DNA of 64,000 nt from Macrostomum hystrix (lineage: Eukaryota > Animalia > Platyhelminthes), in NCBI GenBank assembly GCA_950097015.1, contig CATNEN010000038.1, positions 4,030,001 through 4,094,000 on the forward strand, given 5' to 3'. How positions within the stretch are numbered: the first letter of the stretch is position 1; every line of letters begins with the position of its first letter. Of this stretch, positions 11,401-23,900 are shown one piece after another. The notes under the pieces are model-generated. The model did no database searches. It was not told the DNA's origin and worked only from the letters and a program-made list of their open reading frames with translations. The translations under genes were made by a program, and so were the position numbers.

Positions 11401-14400
11401 GCTAATAGGTTCAGGGATAGATGGCTAATAGGTTCAGGGATAGATGGCTAATAGGTTCAGGGATAGATGGCTAATAGGTTCAGGGATAGATGGCTAATAG
11501 GTTCAGGGATAGATGGCTAATAGGTTCAGGGATAGATGGCTAATAGGTTCAGGGACAGATGGCTAATAGGTTCAGGGATAGATGGCTAATAGGTTCAGGG
11601 ATAGATGGCTAATAGGTTCAGGGATAGATGGCTAATAGGTTCAGGGATAGATGATAAATAGGTTCAGGGATAGATGGCTAATAGGTTCAGGGATAGATGG
11701 CTAATAGGTTCAGGGATAGATGGCTAATAGGTTCAGGGATAGATGGCTAATAGGTTCAGGGATAGATGGCTAATAGGTTCAGGGATAGATGGCTAATAGG
11801 TTCAGGGATAGATGGCTAATAGGTTCAGGGATAGATGGCTAATAGGTTCAGGGACAGATGGCTAATAGGTTCAGGGATAGATGGCTAATAGGTTCAGGGA
11901 TAGATGGCTAATAGGTTCAGGGACAGATGGCTAATAGGTTCAGGGATAGATGGCTAATAGGTTCAGGGATAGATGGCTAATAGGTTCAGGGATAGATGGC
12001 TAATAGGTTCAGGCATCATAAGGCTACTAGTTAATGGCTAATGATAAGGCTACTGCCCCAGTAATGTGACTCACGTTGAAGGAATGGACTGCAGCTGGAT
12101 GAGCAGAATGCTGATGCAGTGCATTGCCGTCTCAGCGGCCACGCCAGCTTCCTGATCTTCCAACTCCATCTGAAATTAAATAGGGACTTTTATTAAATAC
12201 AGAGAAATTCCATAAACATAGACAAATCCTGCACTCTGAAATCCAATACAACCAATCCATTGACTAATTACATGCTGGACATTCTGGGAAATCCTAGCAA
12301 TCTGGGAGATCACTTTCAGGGAAATCCCAGAGAGAAAACTATAAGTAAGAGAAACAGATGCGTGGGAAATCCCACAATGGGTATTCCCAGAATGTGCTGT
12401 ATAAGATCGGGAAATTTCTGATTGGGAAATTCCAGATTAGCAAATCCGGAAATTCTTACCATAGAAAACCCTAGTAGGCGAATCCCCGAACGGGCAATCC
12501 AGATTGGGGAATCCAGGAAACCCCAGCATGGGAAATCCAGATAGGGAATCCGGGCAACCCCAACATGGAAAATTCCAGTATGGTATGTCTCAGCATGGAA
12601 ATATAATATTAAGATAGGACTTTATTATTTCTGTATTTGGTGCTAGCAATTAGAAAGTACAAAGTTAAGGAAAAGTGTCGGCATCGCTTTTGTCTCACCT
12701 TGAACAGCGCGGCAAAAACCAAAGCCTCGATGCAGTCAGGCCGGGCAGCCAGCATGCGGCACAGGTTCAAAGAGGTCTGCATGCCAGTGAACAGCAGCTT
12801 CAGGCAGCACAGACAGAATCGCTTGTCGCGCAGGAAAGCTGCAAATATGTCAGCGGCCTGCTCGAGTCTGCGCTCGCAAAGCCGTTCGCCGATGTAGTAG
12901 GCCACCTTCTGGCGGCCCCGTTCACCCGGACCGTCTGGGGCCGCCGGGGTGTGGCTCATTGCGGCCAGGCAGACCACCGCCTGCCCCACTATCTCTGTGA
13001 GCCGGCTGTGGAATTCGCGCTGCTCCAACTGGCTCTTTATGCCTGCGGGCCGGACATTGTCTGGGCTAAGTTTGGCATCTGAGAGAAAACACGGACAGCC
13101 TGACAGACAGCCTGACAGCCAGACAGACACTCAAGACAGACAGACCCTCAGGTCGGACAGACACTCAGGACAGACGGACAGACACTCATGACAGACACAC
13201 AGACACTCATGACAGACATACAGACACTCAGAACAGACACACTCAGACAGACAGACACTCAGAACAGACAGACAGAGACTCAGAACAGACAGACAGACAC
13301 TCAGAACAGACAGACAGACAGGCTGGCAGACAGACAGAGAGACAGGCAGTTCTAACCAGCGATAGCGTCCAGAATTCGCTGGTCCTTCAGCACCAGCAGG
13401 TATCGCAGCAGGGCATCCAAGCTCAGGCAATAGTCGGAGGCCACGGCTGAATAGAACAGGTCAGCCTGGCGAGTAGGCTCTGAGTCCACTCGGCTACAGA
13501 GGCACTGCAGACACTGGATGATCGGGTGATCGGATAATCAAATTAACTAATTACGAAATAAGCATGTATGGCTTGTTAAGTTTTGGCCATAACTGAGAGT
13601 TATTTTAGCATCTATTTTGGCTAGCAAAATTCTACTAAAGCAAACTCACAAGACAGGTCTGCTCGCGCAGTTTTAAATCTTCATCGCATTGTTGATTGAG
13701 CAGCTTCGGAAGCAGATCGATAAACTTGTGACCGATTGTGTTGAACTGGGCGATACTGAAAGATTCATGAGCCACGCATTTGTTGAAGAGAATAATCAGA
13801 GAATCGATATGTTTTTTCTAACTGGCCAATCAGAGAATCGATATGTTTTTCTAACTGACCAATCAGAGAATCGACATGTTTTTTCTAACTGACCAATCAG
13901 AGAATCGATATGTTTTTCCTAACTGACCAATCAGAGAATCGACATGTTTTTTCTAACTGACCAATCAGAGAATCGATATGTTTTTCCTAACTGACCAATC
14001 AGAGAATCGACATGTTTTTTCTAACTGACCAATCAGAGAATCGATATGTTTTTCCTAACTGACCAATCAGAGAATCGCTGTTATTCAAACTGACCAATCA
14101 GAGACTCCAAGCAAAACCAGCCCAGGCCTCACATTTTCTCCTTCTCCTGGTCCCTCGAGCCGCAAGCATCGGCGCAGGTGAGTTGGCTGCCTATCTCAGA
14201 CGCAAAATAGGCATTCAAAGTAAGCACAAAGTCGAGCAGTATCTGCTGAAACCAAGGTTGAACGCGAACTTTGGCGTGGCTCAGCAGGTCGCTCAAGGTG
14301 CCAGTGAGCTTCGTGTGAAGCGAAGAAGCGTTGAAAAAGCTGCACAGCGAGGCCAAGTCTCTGTACAAGCGGTGGTCAGTTTGTATATGAAGCTGAGGTT

Positions 14401-17400
14401 TATAACTCAAGTGTAAGTTTTCCCCACTCACTGTCTCTCTAATAGCAGATTGTTGATGGTCTTCAGCAGTGGCCGCATCTTAGAAGCGCCATCCAGCATG
14501 CCCTCTCCCATTAGCTGGACGCATTTGTCCCAGCGCTCGACTAGCCTTCTTAGAAAAGCCTTGTCAACAAGGAAGCGCCGGCCCTGATCCCGATCTGCTG
14601 CAGCAGCCGTGTCCTCCACCAGGGTGGCCCACTCTTCATCTGAGTCCACGGCGTCCTGAACAGTTTGTTCGAAATAAAAAATCTCGATTTCGCACATATT
14701 ACTCTAAGTAGAAAATAAAGCAAAACATTATTTAAATTCTTACTCACAAGGTAATAAAAACCTTGGTGTGACCCACAATCTTTAAGAATCACCTGGAGTG
14801 ACACAGTCTTTAAAAATCCCCAGGAGTGATCCACGATCTTTAAGAATCCCATGGAGTGACCCACAATGTTTAAGATTCCCCAGGAGTGACCCACAATCTT
14901 TAAGAATCCCATGGAGTGATCCACAATGTTTAAGATTCCCCAGGAGTGACCCACAATCTTTAAGAATCCCATGGAGTGACCCACAATGTTTAAGATTCCC
15001 CAGGAGTGACCCACAATCTTTAAGAATCCCATGGAGTGACCCACAATGTTTAAGATTCCCCAGGAGTGACCCACAATCTTTAAGAATCCCATGGAGTGAT
15101 CCACAATCTTTAAGATTCCCCAGGAGTGATCCACAATCTTAAGAATCCCCTGGAGTGACCCACAATCTTATAAGAGCCGCCTGGAGCGACCCACAATATT
15201 TAAGAATCCCCTGGAGTGACCCAAAATCTTCAGGAATCCCCTGGAGTGACCCATATTGTTTAGGAATCCACAGGAGTGACCCACAATGTTTAGGAATCCC
15301 ATGGAGTGACCCAAAATCTATAAAAATCCCCATAGACAGACTCCAATTCTAGACGCTAAACAAAATAGCCCTGAGCAAGTTGCATACGAACCTCAATCTG
15401 CACAGTTTCAATATTCGGCTGCTGCTGTTGCTGCGTGCCAGACAGACTTCGCTTCGAGGCGCTCAACACTCGCCTCTCGCCAATCTCGACGTCTGGAAAG
15501 TCGCGCTCATAGTCGGCCTCGATGCGGTCCGCTCGGGGCGTTGGCCGGGAATCCGGCGCGTCCGCGCCGCCCCAACCGTCATTGTCGCCGCCGCCAGCAT
15601 CAGCGGCAGCAGCGTGGACATTGTGAAGTTGCTTCGGGCTCGGATGCCTGGCGCCAGACTGTGACCTGACGCCGCTACCGCCGCCTCCACCGCTAGACGG
15701 CCTCTGGCTTGACGACGAACGACGCTGCGATGCTGGCGGCTGAGCGTCGACTGCCGGCTTTGGGGACGGTTGTTTCTGCTGCACCTGCTGCTGCTTCCTA
15801 GCCTGCTCCTGCTGAGCAATGGCTTGGCGCCGTTTCGCCTCCTCCTTCTCCTGCTGAGCCTTCTGACGGGCACGCGACAGAATCTTGCTCTGGCCTGCCG
15901 CATTGCGAAGGTCGGGCGGTTGTGAAGCTGACAGACTAGGAATGGGAAGCTCACAGACTGGGAATGAGAAGCTCAGACTGATAAGAAGAAGCTGACAGAC
16001 TGGAAAGGTGAAGCTGACAGACTGGGAAGGAGAAGCTGACAGTGAAGGGGAAGCTGACAGACTGGGAAGGAGAAGCTGACAGACAGTGAAGGGGAAGCTG
16101 ACAGACAGTAAAGGGGAAGCTGAGAGTGAAGGGGAAGCTGACAGACAGTGAAGGGGAAGCTGACAGACTGAGAAGGGAAGCTGACAGACAGTGAAGGGGA
16201 AGCTGACAGACAGGGAAGGTGAAGCTGACAGACAGTGAAGGTGAAGCTGACAGACAGTGAAGCGGAAGCTGACAGTGAAGGTAAAGCTGACAGTGAAGGG
16301 GAAGCTGACAGACAGTGAAGGGGTAGCTGACAGTGAAGGGGTAGCTGACAGGGAAGGTGAAGCTGACAAAGCAAAAAATCTACGAAAACGTCCACAAAGC
16401 TACCTCCAGAGTTCTGGCTCTTCAGTCTGATCTGCTTCTCTCTTTCCATGTTCTGCGAGGCGCTCAGGGGCTGCGTGAATTTGCTGCGCAACTGGGCTGT
16501 GCCGGAGTCCACCGTTACACCGTCAGCAATCCACTCGTGATGCAGCAGGTCCGGCCAGTTCAGCCGCTTGCGGGGATCCTTCTGCAGTAGGCCTTGAAGG
16601 AAGTCGCGACAGCCTGGCGACATGTTGGACGGCCAGTGGATGGTGTCGTTCACCACCTTGCGGACCAGCTGCGGGGAGAGATTGTCAGCGGGAGGGATGC
16701 GTCACGGAAAATGAATGGGTAGAATTCCATTCAGACAACGAACTTTTGCGAAGGTTGTAACAAGTTGAAACATTAATTTATAGGATAAAAGTCCAATCGG
16801 TATCTATCTAACAGCTGGGTGAACTGAAGCAATGCAGAGTTAAGGGTCTTGCTAAAGGACAGAAAACTTTCTAGTGGAGGCGGGAATTGAACCCCCGACC
16901 TTAAAATCATAAGTCCAACACTGTAAACACTAGGCTGAAACCCCTCGGGATTGGGGATAATTAGGCATTATGGGATCAGTATAAAAGAAATACTAAATTT
17001 GGGATCTTTAGGATGGAGTTCCCAAGTTACCGGGGTGGAAACCCCACTATAGGAACCTGAAGGGATGGAAACCCCACTATAGGAACCTGAAGGGATGGAA
17101 ACCCCACTATAGGAACCTGAAGGGATGGAAACCCCACTATAGGAACCTGAAGGGATGGAAACCCCACTATAGGAACCTGAATGGGTGGAAACCCCACTAT
17201 AGGAACCTGAATGGGTGGAAACCCCACTATAGGAACCTGAAGGGGTGGAAACCCCACTATAGGAACCTGAATGGGTGGAAACCCCACTATAGGAACCTGA
17301 AGGGGTGGAAACCCCACTATAGGAACCTGAATGGGTGGAAACCCCACTATAGGAACCTGAATGGGTGGAAACCCCACTATAGGAACCTGAATGGGTGGAA

Positions 17401-19160
17401 ACCCCAGCCAGGCGCAAGGGAAAGCTCACCTCGATGATATTGTTAGTTGAGAATGGCGGACTGCCAGTGTGCAGCTCGTACAGGATGCAGCCGAGGGCCC
17501 ACAAATCAGCAGCGTGATCATACGGTTTCTCCTCCATGAGCTCAGGTGACATGTACAATGGTGTGCCCTTGATGCTGGTCAGCACCATGGTGTTGATGCC
17601 CATACTGCGAGCGAAGCCGAAGTCGCACAGCTTCACCGAGCCGTTGTTGCCCAGCAGAATGTTCTGAGGCTTCATGTCCCGGTGAAGGATGCTGTGAGCA
17701 TGCAGATAGTACAGAGCCGATACCAACTGGCAGGCGATGCTGCGAACCTGTCACAGAATGAAGGAAATGCAATACGGAATCTTATTAGGGGGTTGGGGAA
17801 CTGAAGCTGGAAGTTTCAGGGATATTCCAATGATGGGGAACTGAAGCTGGAAGTTTCAGGGATATTCCAGTGATGGGGAACTGAAGCTGGAAGTTTCAGG
17901 GATATTCCAGTGATGGGGAACTGAAGCTGGAAGTTTCAGGGATATTCCAGCAATGAGGAACTAAAGCTAAAAGTTTCAGGGATATTCCAGTGATGGGGAA
18001 CTGAAGCTTAAAGTTTCAGGGATATTCCAGTGATGGGGAACTGAAGTTAGAAGTTTCAGGGATATTCCAGTGATGGGTAACTGAAGCTGGAAGTTTCAGG
18101 ATATTCCAGCAATGGGGAACTGAAGCTAAAAGTTTCAGGGATATTCCAGTGATGGGGAACTGAAGATGGAAGTTTCAGGGATATTCCAGTGATGGGGAAC
18201 TGAAGCTGGAAGTTTCAGGGATATTCCAGCAATGTTGAACTGAAGCTGGAAGTTTCAGGGATATTCCAGTGATGGGGAACTGAAGCTGGAAGTTTCAGGG
18301 ATATTCCAGTGATGGGGAACTGAAGCTTAAAGTTTCAGGGATATTCCAGTGATGGGGAACTGAAGCTTAAAGTTTCAGGGATATTCCAGTGATGGGGAAC
18401 TGAAGCTAAAAGTTTTAGGGATATTCCAGTGATGGGGAACAGAAGCTGGAAGTTTCAGGGATATTCCAGCAATGTTGAACTGAAGCTGGAAGTTTCAGGT
18501 ATATTCCAGTGATGGGGAACTGAAGCTGGAAGTTTCAGGGATATTCCAGTGATGGGGAACTGAAGCTGGAAGTTTCAGGGATATTCCAGTGATGGGGAAC
18601 TGAAGCTGGAAGTTTCAGGTTGATTTAGGAAGATTACAGAGATTGGGAACTGAAGCTGGAAGTTTCAGGGATATTCCAGTGATGGGGAACTGAAGCTGGA
18701 AGTTTCAGGTTGATTTAGGAAGATTACAGAGATTGGGAACTGAAGCTGGAAGTTTCAGGGATATTCCAGTGATAGGGAACTGAAGCTGGAAGTATCAGAC
18801 TAGCTGAGCTGAACTCACAATGTCCTCAGGCAGCTGCATGTCATCGTCCAGAATCTGCAGCAGCTCACCGTGAGCATACTCAGTGACGGCCACCACCTCT
18901 TTCTCAGTCTCAAAAGTGTCGAGCATTCGCACAATGTGCTCATGCTTCAAGCCCTGCATGATGTCGATTTCTTTTTTTAGATTTCTTAACTCCCTGGCGC
19001 TCTTTGTTCCCTTGGGGATAAACTTGAGGGCGACAACTTCGCTGCTGAACTTCTTGCGACCGCGAAACACTCGACCGAAGCTGCCTTCGCCGACGCAGTC
19101 CATCACGTGGTAGCCATTCACAGTGGTGACGGCCGCGGGCCCAGCAGGCGAGTCCGACAT
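5458..19160 (-). CDS. STK36: Serine/threonine kinase STK36/Fused (~1420 aa, 16 exons)
   Basis: N-terminal kinase motifs [27 protein letters not shown] and GTPLYMSPE; C-terminal ARM/HEAT region ([17 protein letters not shown]). Exons: 19160-18819, 17747-17430, 16668-16404, 15894(or 15927)-15392, 14655-14432, 14360-14133, 13755-13650, 13513-13357, 13078-12699, 12169-12075, 9601-9253, 8674-8475, 7931-7812, 7373-7214, 6644-6441, 6069-5458. All are GT-AG and phase-consistent. Confidence 0.93.
6706..7155. repeat. 34-bp minisatellite, ~13 copies
   Basis: Unit CACTTCATCTGATCCCTCAGGGCCTGAGCTGATT. Confidence 0.95.
8238..8425 (+). mobile_element. SINE family B (tRNA head + CORE-like domain)
   Basis: A box TAGCCCAGCGG and B box GAGTTCGACTC, followed by GTGTCCTTAAGCTAGACACT...CACCCAGGTTACAAATGG, which resembles the CORE-SINE motif. 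Confidence 0.65.
8765..9175. repeat. 20-bp minisatellite, ~20 copies
   Basis: Unit GTCTGGGATGTCAGTTGGGT. Confidence 0.95.
9745..12012. repeat. 23-bp minisatellite, ~98 copies
   Basis: Unit GGTTCAGGGATAGATGGCTAATA. Confidence 0.98.
13090..13345. repeat. Degenerate (GACA)n simple repeat
   Basis: Runs of CAGACAGACACTCAGAA. Confidence 0.85.
13793..14105. repeat. 33-34-bp CCAAT-containing minisatellite, ~9 copies
   Basis: Unit CTAACTGACCAATCAGAGAATCGATATGTTTTT. Confidence 0.95.
14765..15330. repeat. 30-bp minisatellite arranged as 60-bp dimers, ~19 units
   Basis: GGAGTGACCCACAATCTTTAAGAATCCCAT alternates with GGAGTGACCCACAATGTTTAAGATTCCCCA. Confidence 0.95.
15925..16368. repeat. 19-23-bp purine-rich minisatellite
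   Basis: Unit GAAGCTGACAG(ACAG)TGAAGGG. Confidence 0.92.
16795..16935 (-). mobile_element. SINE family B copy
   Basis: AACAGCTGGGTGAACTGAAGCAATGCAGAGTTAAGGGTCTTGCTAAAGGACA...GGGAATTGAACCCCCGACC; this is the reverse complement of B box + CORE-like domain. Confidence 0.7.
17030..17405. repeat. 30-bp minisatellite, ~12 copies
   Basis: Unit GGAAACCCCACTATAGGAACCTGAAGGGAT. Confidence 0.97.
17795..18793. repeat. 40-bp minisatellite, ~24 copies
   Basis: Unit GGGGAACTGAAGCTGGAAGTTTCAGGGATATTCCAGTGAT. Confidence 0.97.
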
Positions 19161-19289
19161 GCCGCTGAAATTAATAGTTTATAATAATATATGAAATGCT
19201 CACAACAGACTACTGTGGCTAATCCACAAGTAGAAAGTAGAGTTTTTCAGCTGATGAAAACTAATATAATGCGCTTTTTGAACGACCAA

Positions 19290-19550
19290 GATGTACACCC
19301 AGTGGCACAGCCGCAGCTATTGTGCGCGCATCCAAAGGCTGTGTACAGCTGACCAGTCCATGGACTGTGGTGACGCCACACCCAGCCTTAACTACTCCAG
19401 CTAATGCTGTTACCTATTTAACAGCCGGGTGAACTCAAGCATAGCAGAGTCTAGTGTTTTGCTAAAGGACACAAATTGTTACAGTGTAGTCGGGAATCGA
19501 ACACCCGACCTTCAAGTCACTACGCTCTAGCTACTAGGCAACAACACCAG
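19290..19550 (-). mobile_element. SINE family B copy (near full length), just upstream of STK36
   Basis: GGGAATCGAACACCCGACC (B box, reverse complement), TTGCTAAAGGACACAAATTG, AACAGCCGGGTGAACT and CCAGTCCATGGACTG. Confidence 0.7.
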
Positions 19551-20919
19551 CCGAAGAAAACTTTCTACCCAGAAATTGAATGCTAGATCAGACAAGCCAA
19601 GCTGATTACAATTCTTACAGATGGTTGAACTGAAACAGAGTACACAAATTGTGTCGCGACCTGTCGGCTACTGATAAGTCCTAAACTGGGCTACAAACTC
19701 TGTAGGTTAAGGAATTTAGAAATTAGAATTTAAAATTTACAAAGATAAACATCTGGACAAAATGTAAACGGCCTCAAACCACAATCGTGAATAGATTATA
19801 TTCTTATTTATGTGTCAAATTGGTTAGTCTGAGCTGAGGTAAAACCCTACAAAAGAGGAAAAAGGACTGTATAATATTGTGCGCATTGGGCATAGATCGC
19901 AGGTGGGCTGGAAAATAAACACAACAAAAATATAGAAATAGAAATAGCTTTTGATTAGACAGGAGCAGTGACTTACAAGTGCAACGCATGGCTTTTGAGT
20001 TTAATATTGGCTTGATTGGCAGACACAGTCAATTGGAAAGAAACATAATGGATTAAAATATGCCGGTACATGATTGTTAGTCTAGTGAACAATTTAATAA
20101 GGACTTTTTGTTCGTTAGTTGAAAATAGATTGCAACAAATATTTAATTTTCTGATCACAAATATAATATCATTATCTGATATATAGAGACTAATTATTTG
20201 CAATTTCAGAGATAATAAGCTTTTTTTAATTATAGTTAGTCTTTGAAGGGATAATCATACATTGTGAGGGCAATACTATAATACTATACTATAGAAAGTA
20301 AAACTGCACTATTTAGGAAAATGTTAGTATAAGACAAATATAATCTATATTACACCAATTCCAAAGAATTATGTTAACTTACGACCAACTCATGAAAGTA
20401 AAAATGACATTGTCTATGGCCAAACCACAGCTGTTTCATCCAAGCGAGCTCAGAAAAAAATAATTTTGCTATCCTAAAAATATTCTCGGGTTTTAGCCAT
20501 AGACATTGCACTGCCATTAAATTTAATCGGCCTCAATCAAAAGTGATATTGTAGAAGTGCCTCAGATTAATAGAGTAGAATTAATACGATTGGAATAGTT
20601 TCAACTGATCACAGAAAAGTTTCTCAATGAGGAAAAATCTGAAGTAGCATGATTATCCGATTTCAACTAGGAAAACACTATAACGCAGTTACAGAAATTA
20701 TTTTGACACAGAACATTTATTAACAGGTGGCTCAAAGGGTCAAAGGTTCAGAGTCTGCCACTCCCTGCGTGAGTCGGAATGTGAAAATCACGCACAAGAG
20801 TGAATTGAGAATATTTCAGAGGTCTAGCAGCTTGTTCACCTTAACTGAAATGACACCAGTAGTATATGGGAATATTGAGGAGTTAAAAAAGCGAAGTTAA
20901 AACAACTAGATCGAATTCA

Positions 20920-23900
20920 TCAATTGCCAGCGTCAACAGAGGCGGATCGCTCGGGGCAGCTTGACTTGAGCAGCTGGGCCGGAGACACAGTCGGGTGATC
21001 GTCACAGGAGAAGGCATAGCCGGAGCCTGCAAAGATTCGAACTGTCTCATTTCTCCCGTGTCTCATCTCTCCCCGTCTCATCTCTCTCCTGTGTCTCATT
21101 TCTCCTGTGTCTCATCTCTCTCCTGTGTCTCATCTCTCTCCTGTGTCTCATTTCTCCCGTGTCTCATCTCTCTCCTGTGTCTCATCTCTCTCCTGTGTCT
21201 CATCTCTCTCCTGTGTCCCATTTCTCCCGTGTCTCATCTCTCTCTTGTGTCTCATTTCTCCAGTGTCTCATCTCTCCCGTGTCTCATCTCTCCCCGTCTC
21301 ATCTCTCCCCGTCTCATCTCTCTCGTGTCTCATCTCTCCCCGTCTCATCTCTCCCCGTCTCATCTCTCTCCTGTGTCATCTCTCCCGTGTCTCATCTCTC
21401 TCGTGTCTCATCTCTCTCGTGTCTCATCTCTCCCCGTCTCATCTCTCTCCTGTGTCATCTCTCCCGTGTCTCATCTCTCTCGTGTCTCATCTCTCCCCGT
21501 CTCATCTCTCTCCTGTGTCATCTCTCTCGTGTCTCATCTCTCTCCTGTGCAATCTCTCCCGTGTCTCATCTCTCTCGTGTCTCATCTCTCCTGTGTCATC
21601 TCTCTCGTGTCTCATCTCTCCCGTGTCTCATCTCTCCCGTGTCTCATTTCTCCCTCTCCCGTGTCTTATCTCTACTGTGTCTTATATATCTCGTGTCTCA
21701 TCTCTCCCGTGTCACATCTCTCTGCACCGTCTTATCTCTATCCTGTCTCATCTCCCCTGCCTTATCTTTCCCCAGTCTCAATCAGTCAATTAGCAGCAGC
21801 AGCTCACGGTTGTTAGCTCCGGCCGCCATCTGGTCGATGTTCTCCGCAACAGAAGGCGAAACGGGCACGTGGGTCCTGCGCCGGAACGGCCTGCCAAGCA
21901 GTCGCACGGTTTCCGTCATTCTGCAGCAGCGGGGGGGAATGTGCAGATTATAGTCTAAATGTATGAAAGTAATAACTAGATTTAGCATTCCGAAAAAACA
22001 CATGCTTCGCACAATTTCAACAAAAATCCTCATAAAACCATACGGATTAAGAAAAATAAAGATGAGGTAACGACAGGAAAAAAACCTATTAAAATTAATT
22101 AAATATGCGCACTAGAACTAGCAGCTGATAGTGGAGAGACATTGCTAACTGATGCCTGGCTGCAATTATATTGAAGGAATTTTACTATTTTTTATAATAA
22201 TTACATTTTTCCTTCTCAACCATGACATAATTTTGACATAATTACCAAAAGGTTATCAGGCAATAAAAACTCAGCAAAGCAAGCTATAGAGATTGTTGAA
22301 TTATTGATCGGTATTTTTACTCATTAAATTATCGATCGGGATTCTTATTCACTGAATTATCGATAAGGATTCTTATTCATTGAATTAACGATCAGGATTC
22401 TTATTCACTGAATTATCGATCGGGATTCTTATTCATTGAATTATCGATCAGGATTCTTATTCACTGAATTATCGATAAGGATTCTTATTCATTGAATTAT
22501 CGATAGGGATTCTTATTCATTGAATTATCGATCGGGATTCTTATTCACTGAATTATCGATCGGGATTCTTATTCATTGAATTATCGATAAGGATTCTTAT
22601 TCATTGAATTATCGATAGGGATTCTTATTCATTGAATTATCGATCGGGATTCTTATTCACTGAATTATCGATCGGGATTCTTATTCATTGAATTATCGAT
22701 CGGGATTCTTATTCATTGAATTATCGATAAGGATTCTTATTCATTGAATTATCGATAGGGATTCTTATTCATTGAATTATCGATCAGGATTCTTATTCAC
22801 TGAATTATCGATAAGGATTCTTATTCATTGAATTATCGATAGGGATTCTTATTCATTGAATTATCGATCGGGATTCTTATTCACTGAATTATCGATCGGG
22901 ATTCTTATTCATTGAATTATCGATAAGGATTCTTATTCATTGAATTATCGATAGGGATTCTTATTCATTGAATTATCGATCGGGATTCTTATTCACTGAA
23001 TTATCGATCGGGATTCTTATTCATTGAATTATCGATCGGGATTCTTTTTCATTGAATTATCGATCGGGATTCTTATTCTTTGAATTATCGATCAGGATTC
23101 TTATTCATTGAATTATCGATCGGGATTCTTATTCACTGAATTATCGATCGGGATTCTTATTCATTGAATTATCGATCGGGATTCTTTTTCATTGAATCAT
23201 CGATCGGGATTCTTATTCACTGAATTATCGATCGGGATTCTTATTCATTGAATCATCGATCGGGATTCTTATTCATTGAATCATCGATCGGGATTCTTAT
23301 TTATTGAATTATCGATCGGGATTCTTATTCATTGAATTATCGATCGGGATTCTTATTCATTGAATCATCGATCGGGATTCTTATTTTTTGAATTATCGAT
23401 CGAGGTTTTTAATCCAGATGTCATTATCGATCTGGATTTCGAACCGAGGGATTACAGCAGAGATGAAGGGTTAGCAATCTCTACTCCAGAGAGACCCACC
23501 TCTTATAAGTGTTTCTGAGCAGCATGGCTGACGGATCCTTCCTCAGCTTCTCCATCTCCATGACCTCCTCGCGCAAAGTCTTGGCGCAGGTGCGCCTGTA
23601 GGCAGTCCAGGCCAGGTCCCTGGTAAGCGCCAGCAGCGGAGTCAGCAGCACCAGGAACCAGAAGTTTGGAGAGGCGAGAAGAGCCCGATCGAAGCCGACA
23701 ACCTCTTCAAAATTGGTGCCAACGTGCGGATAGAGATGGGCGGACATGGCCACAAAGGCGAAGTAGGTGGCCACGCTGCCCCAGATGGCCAGGTGTGACA
23801 GGCCGGTCCAGGCCGTGTGCTCAATGCCAGCCTTCAATGCCACTGTGACCACAGCCAGCGAATAGACAGTGCTGCCCAGGTAGTAGAGCCCGGACACCTG

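Noticed and set aside
9745-12012. CRISPR-like appearance of the regular repeat arrays
   Set aside because: Head-to-tail units with no unique spacers, no cas genes, eukaryotic intron context.
19636-19705. Hammerhead-like string CTGATAAGTCC...GGGCTACAAACTCTGT
   Set aside because: The core deviates (CUGAUAA, no GAAA) and stem I cannot form.
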